NCBI RefSeq assembly: GCF_000181795.1
Contig: NW_003526943.1
Span: forward strand, 10,214,849 to 10,274,185
Length of the DNA stretch: 59,337 bases
Direction: 5' to 3'
Source of the DNA: Trichinella spiralis
Taxonomy: Eukaryota
The translations under genes were made by a program, and so were the position numbers. The notes under the pieces were generated by a model. It saw nothing but the letters and a program-made list of their open reading frames with translations. It did no database searches and had not been told where the DNA came from. Of the stretch, positions 1-8,797 are shown one piece after another; the stretch's first letter is position 1, and the number at the start of each line of letters is the position of its first letter.

Positions 1-714
1 CAATATTTCACACACACTACACTGAGCAATCATCATTATTATTATTATGTAACAGCAAGCTTTTTGTTATCACCGGGATGAAATTATCCCTGAAATGATT
101 TTTTTCCAAATAAAGCAACAAAAAAACGAAACTATTATCTTCATTGAAAATTAATAATGCAAAAAAAGAATTCTTTCAATTCAACAATGCTGTCTTTTGT
201 TGTAAATTTATTTTTGCCCAATTACGACTGTTTCTAAATGCATAAAAAAACACAAAAGTGAAAAGAACAAGAAAAACACAGATTTGCAGCCACCATTTCA
301 ACGAACACAACAAGTTGTTTAGTTGCTGTTTTGTTTTTACAGCCGCTGCCGCAACTAGCAAAAGAAATTCTGCATATCACTACAAGAAATCAATATATTC
401 TATACATATACGTGTGTGCGTGTGTTTGCAGCGGATTTTCTCGTTTCTGATGTTTACTTCAACAAGTGCATCGCATCACATTAATGGGAAAAAAATAATA
501 ATAAAACAACAAAAAGTAAACAAAACAGAACAAAAAACAAAACAGAAAAAAAAGTAATAACAACCGGTTTGAAATGATAAAGAAAACGAATTAATTCTGC
601 GCATCATCCAGTAGTGGAGTTGTTGTTGTTGTTGTATGGAGATTTTTGTTGTTGTTTTTCGTAAAATTTCAAATTGGTAGCAGCAAAAAGAAAGAAAAGA
701 AAAATAAAATTTTT

Positions 715-1917
715 TTACATGCGACGCACTGACCAACGGTCACCGATGGACGGTGGTGGCGGTAGACTGTTGCCAGCTGATCCGGAGACCGCGTTGTTCA
801 GCATTGGAGCCGGTTGCATGGCGTTCAGAGCCATCAAGCCGGCGCCAGCCGACGACGGGTCTTTGACCATCGCGGTAAGTTTGGCGCGCAGACGGCCATT
901 CTCGGCCAGAAGTTGGTCATTCTGTTCCATCAGTTCGACAAGAGACAACTTGAGCGAGTCCAACCTTTTGCGCAAACTGATATTTTCGTCAACTAGCGCT
1001 GCGCAACTGTTCGGACTGAGCGGCCGCGCGTACACGCCCGTAGGCGCCGAGTGGACGCCGGGGATCGACAGCGCCGGCGGCGGTGGCGCCGAATTTGGAG
1101 CCACCGGGGCCGAGTCCGCCGGATCGTTGTACCGAGCTCGTTTGGAGCCGAAGTCGTAGCGGTGGTCGTAGGGGGCGCGCGCGCTGTGCGCCGGCGGATC
1201 GGCCGACTGCGCACCGCAACTTCTCGACTCTCTCGACGGATAGTCGTAAGAATCTCGGGCGTCCCGTTCACATTTGGGGATGATGTGCCAGAAGCGGCAA
1301 CGCGTGCCACGCGAACAATGCCCCGACAAGTTCTCCTTGCAAATCGGCCTGCCGTTCACCACGTCCTGACCAGTGGCCGAAACAATCGCCCTGGCCAACG
1401 CCTCGGTCATCCGGCCGTGGCGTTCGTACGTTTCCATATCCCTGCGCGAACAGTGCACGTAGCGGCAAGCGTTGCGCGTGCATCTTCCGTTCTGGTAATC
1501 TTTGCAGTAGTTGATTTTTTCGTTCTGTTTCACCGTCTCAATTCGGTTAGTCTCGCTCTCTGGGTGGTAGAACTTGCACCTCGAACCTCGAAAACAGACG
1601 TTGTTCAAAAAATCCCGACAAATATCTTGACGCGATTCTGAAACGCCCGCCGCCGCCGCTGCCGCTGATGCTGCTGCTGATGATGATAGTGAAGACGATG
1701 CCGAAGCTGTTGATGGTGGTGGTGGTGATGCTGCTGCTGCTGCTGCTGCTGCTGCCGCCGCATCCGGATGGCTATTACCCTCATCATGTGATAGCGCTGC
1801 CGCTGCCGCCGCCACTGACGCCCCTGCCGCATCGCCTACTGCATTTGCGCGTTCCTCATTGAACTTTTCGTTTGAGTCGTACGAATCGTGAAAATAGTCA
1901 CCTTCGGAAGCCATCAT
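715..1917 (-). CDS. ZC3H10: CCCH zinc-finger protein, ZC3H10-like (single coding exon)
   Basis: Three CCCH fingers (CRDFLNNVCFRGSRCKFYH, CKDYQNGRCTRNACRYVH, CKENLSGHCSRGTRCRFWH) followed by a coiled coil (LVDENISLRKRLDSLK), the ZC3H10 layout. The first ATG (MMASEG) is at 1917, just after a ttttcag acceptor; the ORF-track start at 2019 is a GTG artefact. Confidence 0.85.
   Translation of the reverse strand: MMASEGDYFHDSYDSNEKFNEERANAVGDAAGASVAAAAAALSHDEGNSHPDAAAAAAAAAAASPPPPSTASASSSLSSSAAASAAAAAAGVSESRQDICRDFLNNVCFRGSRCKFYHPESETNRIETVKQNEKINYCKDYQNGRCTRNACRYVHCSRRDMETYERHGRMTEALARAIVSATGQDVVNGRPICKENLSGHCSRGTRCRFWHIIPKCERDARDSYDYPSRESRSCGAQSADPPAHSARAPYDHRYDFGSKRARYNDPADSAPVAPNSAPPPPALSIPGVHSAPTGVYARPLSPNSCAALVDENISLRKRLDSLKLSLVELMEQNDQLLAENGRLRAKLTAMVKDPSSAGAGLMALNAMQPAPMLNNAVSGSAGNSLPPPPSIGDRWSVRRM
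1645..1815 (-). repeat. GCN/TCA/CCA trinucleotide runs encoding poly-Ala/Pro/Ser
   Basis: (gct)n, (gcc)n, (ggt)n and (gat)n runs inside the ZC3H10 N-terminus. Confidence 0.85.
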
Positions 1918-2516
1918 TGAGAACAAAATCCAATAACAAGCTCTGAAAAACTGAAACAAACAAACATCATACTCAAAAGCATAACTTTTCTCCACCAACA
2001 CAACACCTACAACAACCACTATAACAACAACAATTCACAACGTCTACCATAATCAATACCGTAACCCACCTGAACATCAAAATCATCACTAATTACAAAG
2101 AAAATTCTTTTCAACTTAATCTTCATTTTAAAATTTATTATATATCACTAAAACAAAAAAATTTTTTTATAAATTATATTTCTTTCAAAAAAAGTAAACA
2201 AATTGGCAAACTTTATCACGACAGGATAGCATACTGTAAAAAAACAAATCGAAATTTTTTGAAAAAAATCAATTTACTATTCCAATAAGAAAATTTAACA
2301 GAACATCAATTCTTGATTTCCTACACAATGCGCAGCAATAATATCCAAAAGGTCAATTTTCACCATCAATCAATTATTACGTCACTACAGTATTAAAAAA
2401 AATAAGCACAAACAATGCTTTTTTGATGCAAAAAAATAATGATGATGTTTTTATTTAAAATACGCAGTTACGAAGGTTTTATGACAATTCGATCGAAACC
2501 ATTCAACTTAATCAAA

Positions 2517-2908
2517 TATAGCGGACGAAGTGGAAGAAGAGCAGCAAAGCTACCGTAAACAGAAAGATCCTTGAACATCGGAAAGGATTACGGTCGTGCG
2601 GTTGTCAGCAGCGAGCGAGAGCATGTGGTTGTTGGTTCTGAAATTGTACTGTGGCGGATAGGTAACGGTCCTTGTTCGGATTTGTTAATAAACATTGTGC
2701 AGCTTACCTGTCTTGTGAATGCGACAGTGTTACCGGGAGAGTGCGAACTCGGAAGAAAGGGCAGCAGCGCCGGCGGAAGCCAAACGGAAGATATGACCGT
2801 GCGGAGGAACCCGCCGGTCGACACCGGCCCGTCGTCGCCTAACGACGACTGTGTTAGTAGCTCGGTTGGGGTGACGAACGAACCCACCCGAGAGAGCGGC
2901 TCGTTACA
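2517..2908 (+). repeat. 5' LTR of gypsy element
   Basis: Direct repeat of 6269-6654; begins TATAGCGG (TG mutated to TA) and ends CGTTACA. Confidence 0.9.
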
Positions 2909-3189
2909 TTGGAAATGGTGCTGAGGGGTCGCAACCGTCTGTTATGGCCCACCTCTTGCCTTTTCCCCTGACATGGATCCGACTGAGTGGCTGGACACGG
3001 TAGAAGACTTCTTCTATGTGTCAGGTGTGCCACGCTCACACCAACCTGCGCTCACAAAGGCTCCATCCTACTCGGCGACGGCCAAAGGGTGCGTCTCTGC
3101 GGCCACGGAGTATGGTCCCTCCATCTGGGAAGCTGGAGAGGACGGATACAGTCAGATACGATGCCCACTGCAGGAGACGACGATTCCAA

Positions 3190-3490
3190 CCTCTTCTTCT
3201 TCAGTCAACACTTCTGAGCTAGTGTGCTTTTGCTTCTGCGCACCGTTCGATGGATCGTCCGACGCCAAAGCCAAAGCTCCACTTTCACCGGCCACCGCCT
3301 GCTCTTGGCCACCACGTTTCTCCACAACCACATCACCTTCTACTACTGCTGTTGGCTGCATCACTTCGACCGACTGTTCTGTTGGACTTTGACGCGAGTG
3401 AGAACGCCCTCGGTGCTGTCCTTTTGCATCCGAACGATAAAGGTCTTCCGGCGGTGATAGCGTATGCCAGTCGCTCATTGTCGTAACCGA
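3190..3490. repeat. Chimeric unit (non-pol repeat joined to RNase H fragment), copy 1
   Basis: Homologous to roughly 4510-4967: shared 'gcctgctcttggcc...ctactactgctgttggctgcatcacttcgaccgact...gataaaggtc...gcggtgatagcgtatgccagtc'. Confidence 0.8.
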
Positions 3491-3690
3491 AGCGGAAGTA
3501 CTGTGCCACGCAGCGGGAGATGCTAGCCATCGTGTGGGCTACGCGCCACTTTTGACCGTACCTATACATGCTGGCAAAACTGTCCATTGACCAGCCGGAG
3601 GACTGTGATGTCCATCTCGACCGGGTGCTTCTGGCCTGCCGGTCTAGCGTCCACCACACCACTGGTGTTCAGATATAGTTCCTTCCATTA

Positions 3691-4404
3691 GGGATATTCC
3701 CGTTATCTTCCCTTAGCACTGCATGTGCTCTTTTAAAATATGATCAATGCTAATTATCCTCGCCGTTTCTACTATTTTGTGCGTTTTTATGACTGATGTC
3801 ACTGAGTTACATCCTGCACCAAATCGTTGCGGTGGTATGTCCCTTGTTCATGAAGGCAGGGCATACAAATTAAAACGTGCCGGCAAACAGAAATATTGGA
3901 GGTGCTCGAAAGTATGTGCTAAATGTACAGTGTGTGTCCTTCGTTATTAAGGGTTAATGTATTTTGGTATAAGACAAAAAATATTGCGGTGGTGCTATAT
4001 GGACAAATCTTGATGTGACATCGGTGAGCAAGCAGAATGATCACATCGAAAGCTGCTCGGTGGATGAGCACTTGACCTACAAAATGGAAAAAAAGGCGAT
4101 TTTGAAAAAGCGGAGTGCGGAAGAAACGAAACCCATCCTGGCCATTTATGATGAAGAAACTTCCGCCGCGTCCGCCCACCCATCCACATCTGGCCATTTT
4201 CCCCTTTTTAACCGGTAAAGTCCACGATGTACATACAGCCACCGGGCAAAGCGATACCCGAAACTGCCTAAACATCGTCGGGACCTGCAAATCCCTGTCC
4301 CGTTCAGGACAACTAAGGTCGGTAAAGAATTTTTGTTGTGGCAGAGTGCATCAAGTCATACACTGGTATTTGGTACGGGTTCCAACATTAGACTGCTGGC
4401 AGAC
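3691..4404 (+). mobile_element. Mutator-like (MULE) DNA transposon 5' fragment with FLYWCH zinc finger, nested in the gypsy element
   Basis: Reads MSLVHEGRAYKLKRAGKQKYWRCSK/DKKYCGGAIWTNLDVTSVSKQNDH (FLYWCH pattern), then EETKPILAIYDEE. Interrupted by a ~60-bp insertion and a stop. Begins GGGAT. Confidence 0.7.
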
Positions 4405-4622
4405 AGCCTTACTGGAAACTGCCGCTGCCGCTTTACCCTTGCCATCACCAGAAGTAATAGCAGCACTACTGCTTCTAGCAGCTTTTCTTTTCTCCGCTCA
4501 GTATTTTTCTTTCGCTTCTTCTGAGGCTCTTCACTCAAAGCTCCAATTTCACTGGCCGCCGCCTGCTCTTGGCCCCCACTTTCCTCCACAACCACATCAC
4601 CCTCTACTACTGCTGTTGGCTG

Positions 4623-4862
4623 TGTGACGGCGACCACGAAATTGCACCTGCGTATCACGGGCGACCGGCGGTAAAAACAAATAGGTCAGCGTGGTGAACG
4701 CGGCAGTGTGTGTGGATCGGAGTAGACATACGGCGTGCGCGTCCCGGTTTGTTGAACATTTGTATTATAGCCATTTTGTATAATCTCTTGTGTCCCGGTG
4801 TTTATAATAAACTCTCTACATAATAAATGGTGCGGATGAATCGTGCGCCTGACGGCGCTACA
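4623..4862 (+). mobile_element. Solo LTR (240 bp) with perfect 4-bp TSD GCTG
   Basis: TGTGACG...CGCTACA termini, internal AATAAA, GCTG on both sides (4619-4622 and 4863-4866). The uninterrupted site gttg-GCTG-catcac is present at 3351-3364. Confidence 0.9.
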
Positions 4863-5426
4863 GCTGCATCACTTCGACCGACTCTCGGTGCTGTCCTTTC
4901 ACATCCGGACGATAAAGGTCTCCCGGCGGTGATAGCGTATGCCAGTCACTCATTGTCGCAACCGGAGGATCTACTCCCGGTTTTGAATTCAAAGACACGC
5001 CGCCCGACATTTGATTGGCCTTAAATTTCGTTGGTTTTCAAGCCGGCTAAACTTCATTAATTGTTGCGATGAGTTTTATTCGTTGTCGCAAACCTAAAGT
5101 TTTACTGGTTGTCATTGTAATGCCTGCTATTTGTGAAATTTTGATTTCTTTTTAATGGTCAGTTTTATGATATTCAAAGCTTTACCATTTATTTTCTATA
5201 TATGTATATTAAAAAATTACTATTTTATGATATTTATTTGGTGAAATTAATTACAATTAATTATTTAATGAAATTCAGTGAAATGGTGAATCTACTTGAT
5301 CTTTCTTACTAATAGCATCCGTAACTTTTTAATTCAATTTAAATTTATATTTAACTTCATCAAATTAAGAAAAATTAATAGAAAGCAAAGTTTTGAACAA
5401 GGTTTTTAAAATGCTCAATAGTACAT

Positions 5427-6268
5427 CCACCCGGTCAGCCACCCTTTCCAGCGAGTGGGGATGGACTTGGTGGGGCCACTGGAAGAAACTCGACGCGTCA
5501 ATCGCTACATCTTGGTGGTGTGTGATTACTTTTCAAAGTGGCCAGAGGTATTCCCACTGCCTGATGCCGAGGCGATCACGGTGGCCACGGTCCTGGTGAA
5601 TGGCATTTTCTGCCGGTACGGAGCACCAGAGACGCTGCACTCAGACCAGGGCCCTAACTTCGAAGCAGAGGTAATAAGAGAGGTATGCCGGCTGTTCAGC
5701 GTTGCTTACCACCCACAGTCTGACGGTCTGGTAGAGAGGATGAACCGAACACTTATAGACATGCTGGCGAAAGTGTCCATTGAGCAGCCGGAGGACTGGG
5801 ATGTCCATTTCGACCGGTGCTTCTGGCATACCGGTCCAGCGTCCACCACACCACTGATGACACAACCTGCCGGATAATGTTTGGGAGGGAGCTAAGGCTA
5901 CCAGTGGATGTGATGATATACGAGCTGCCACACGGCGCGCTGGAGGAAACCACGGGAGAATATGTCCAACGCCTGCGCCACGAACTAGAGTAGCTGTTCG
6001 ACACGGTCCGAGCCAGAGCAGGCCTGGAACAGCGTCAGCAAAACGTTTGGAGGGATAAAAAGGCGCACGGACATATGTACGAACCGGGTGACCAGATTTG
6101 GCTGCAAGTGCCTGTTAAACAAAGCTAGAAGCTCACTGGGACGGACCATATCTAGTCGAGAAAAAGTTGGAATGGAACACGTACCGGGTAGGCAAGGTCT
6201 GTGGGGGAAGGGACCATGTGGTAATCCATTTCGACCGCCTGAAACCATACCACGACAGGGGGAAGTGG
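5427..6268 (+). pseudogene. Gypsy integrase remnant plus polypurine tract
   Basis: DDE core motifs in ORF 5455-5877, frameshifted C-terminus, PPT gacagggggaagtgg at 6254-6268. Confidence 0.9.
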
Positions 6269-6654
6269 TGTAGCGGATGAAGTGGAAGAAGAGCAGCAAA
6301 GCTACCGTAAACAGAGGGATACTTGAACATCGAAAAAGATTACGGTAGTACGGCTGTTGGTAGTGAGCAAGTGTGGTGTCGGTTCTGGAATTTTACTGTG
6401 GCGGATCGGTAACGGTCCTTGTTCGGATTTGTTAATAAACACTGTGTACTTTACCTGTCTTGTTTATGCGACAATGTTATCGGGAGAGCGCGAACCCTGA
6501 AGAAAGGGTAGCAGAGCCGGCGGAAGCCAAACGGGAGATATGACGGCGCGGAGGAACCGCCGGTCGACACCGGCCCTTCGTCCCCTAACGACGACTGTGT
6601 CAGTAGCCCGGTTGGAGTGATGAACGAGCCCGCCCAAGAGAGCGGCTCGTTACA
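6269..6654 (+). repeat. 3' LTR of gypsy element
   Basis: TGTAGCG...CGTTACA termini, immediately after the PPT. Confidence 0.92.
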
Positions 6655-6791
6655 CAACTGAATGTAGTAGAAAGTTTAAATCTGCATACTATTAATAAAT
6701 AAATAAATAGTTATTAATTTATATTTATTTATATGTCACTTTGGAGAATAAAACTTTCTACACTCTAATGATAAATATTTTAACAGGAAGC

Positions 6792-7172
6792 ATGAGTAAT
6801 AGAGAAGAGCGGTCTTCAACTTTGCCATTCTATACAAACTGTATAAGCGACGTTTTGCTACGTCTGGTATATGAAGATTTACATTTGAACAAATTTCCCA
6901 ATTTGGAATACCAGATCATAAAATGCAAGCCATGTTTTGTCAATGAAAGCTGCACTGATGTACTAAAAAACTTCTGCATTCTTCTGTCCAATGATGATTC
7001 TTCATTCCAGCTGGAAGAATTAGATGAACTATTACAGTTTCTTTTCTCGAAACAAATTTTTGTCTGCTATCTTGCCTGCGCCAGTAATGATGGAAATGTT
7101 ACCTATTTAAATGTTGAAAGAAAATTTGGTGGAAATGTTCATCCCTTCGTTTCGAGTAATTTAGTGACTTGA
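6792..7172 (+). CDS. 126-aa single-exon protein, possibly tRNA-splicing endonuclease subunit Sen15-like
   Basis: ATG at 6792 follows the acceptor tttaacag. LVYEDLHLNK resembles the Sen15 N-terminal 'VYxDL' and YLACASNDGNVTYL resembles the C-terminal 'LAxxxxDxTxxYY'. Size fits. The family call is from motif recall only. Confidence 0.5.
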   Translation: MSNREERSSTLPFYTNCISDVLLRLVYEDLHLNKFPNLEYQIIKCKPCFVNESCTDVLKNFCILLSNDDSSFQLEELDELLQFLFSKQIFVCYLACASNDGNVTYLNVERKFGGNVHPFVSSNLVT

Positions 7173-8797
7173 CGTTTTATCAGCGTTTATTATTTTGACT
7201 ACCGTTTGAAAGATACGCAAATAACTGTCTAACTAATAAAATCAAGTGACTATCAGAGTAGATGGTCTACTGTAGTCAGAAATGATATTTCCTGTTTTCA
7301 AAATTGTCATATTCTGAGTAGGCTTATGGACTATTGCAAAAATATTTGCACGAATTATGTTTCAAATTCAATACCAACCAATTCTGCGGTCTGATAAATA
7401 ATAATGAATGAATAAAATGTTCTTTATTATAATGTAGCAAGGGAATAATACTGTAATTTTTGTTTTATTGAATAAAAACTATTTCATTTGCTTAACTTCC
7501 TGTAATACTGTACAATATTATAAACTTTTCTACTTTTTAGGATTGCAAAATATATAGTTTTTATTATTTTTTGTAAATTTATTATAGAATTATATATTTT
7601 GCCTTTTTTTCAATTTTTCAAAGCCGATATGTTCAATGTTCCCTTAAAATATAATCTTTCTACATTTAAACATGCTTGTCAAAAAAGACTGTAAGTAATC
7701 TGCATTACTTTCACTCTATGCATTATTTTGAAACACCTTTATTTTTATACTTTAATAGTATTTGAATGAAAATATGCACTTAAATTAATCAGATCTGTTA
7801 TATAAGCTTATGCTTATAAGATTTTGTAAGTTCGTAATTGCAGTTAATTTTTATGTCCTAATTTACTAAATCTTTCTTATCATTTTTCAATTGAAGAGCT
7901 TTTTATTCACAATTTTTTCCCTTCTCTTTCGAAATTTTAGTGTGACAATGGAATATTTCGTAAAATTTCTGATAGCTGCTGTAAATATGTCATGATTAGT
8001 GAGAAAGTTTTGGTTGATGTTACAGTTATCTACACGTTGCTAGATATTTAAATACTGTTTTAATTTATGTTTTTATAGGAGTCTTTTAAATATTCTAGTG
8101 AATTTTTTAAATGGAATCTTTTAATGAAAATTATTTTCCGAAAGTTATACGCTTATTGAGCAAATTATTCTTCTCTATTATTTTTTATTGTTGAATTGTC
8201 TGTCGCTTAATTGTAATGACTTTACTGTTAGAACTTTATTCACGCTTATAAACTGAAAATAACTAAAAGGTAATGCTTTCTGCGATATTGAATTTTCTTT
8301 TGAAATGCTATGTTTAATATATAGTTCAAACTTGATATTGCTTTAAATTTTGCGTGATTTTAGGATGAATACTTATTTTCATATCCAATTCATAATCTAC
8401 AATTTTTTGAACGTGGCAAGAATGAATATTTTTAATTTTTATTCATAATTCTTGCAGCTGATAACGAATCGTTTTTACCTGAAATCATTTCACTTATATT
8501 CAAGTATTGGTAGCTTTTAAGTGTCAATTGGTAGTTTTCCCAAAGCAGTTGAATATAAATGTTGAATGTAAACTATATATTTGAAAATGCCCAATGTAGC
8601 CTATTTCTTTTATGTATTGTTCATTTTATTTCTTCGCTGCTTTGAAAATGTAAAATTTATGTGCATCTAATTTTTCGTCATTAATGATGTTTTTCAATGT
8701 TTTAGAACTTGCTGATTTCTAACCGTTACGGTTTTGAGAAAGTGACTACTAGAATCTTTAAAGGAATTATTAAAAAAAACTTTTTATTTGCTTAAAG

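Larger units (their letters stand above)
2517..6654 (+). mobile_element. Degenerate, internally rearranged Ty3/gypsy LTR retrotransposon
   Basis: Paired LTRs at 2517-2908 and 6269-6654. Remnants of gag (MDPTEWLDTVEDFFYVSGVP, 2973), protease (GSILLGDGQRVRLCG), RNase H (DASENALGAVL...IAYASRSLS...REMLAIVWA) and integrase (GMDLVGPL...LHSDQGPNF...YHPQSDGLVERMNRTL). Polypurine tract before the 3' LTR. Stops, frameshifts and no RT domain. Flanks CAAA/CAAC are a possible imperfect 4-bp TSD. Confidence 0.9.

Noticed and set aside
674..1862. Long antisense and alternative-frame ORFs over ZC3H10, including a polyQ/polyH ORF
   Set aside because: Shadows of GC-rich codons and trinucleotide repeats in the real gene.
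7247..7278. Imperfect hairpin tgacta...gtaga-tgg-tctac...tagtca in the 3' flank of the 6792 ORF
   Set aside because: Too short for a pre-miRNA and lacks SECIS or Helitron-end hallmarks; compatible with chance.
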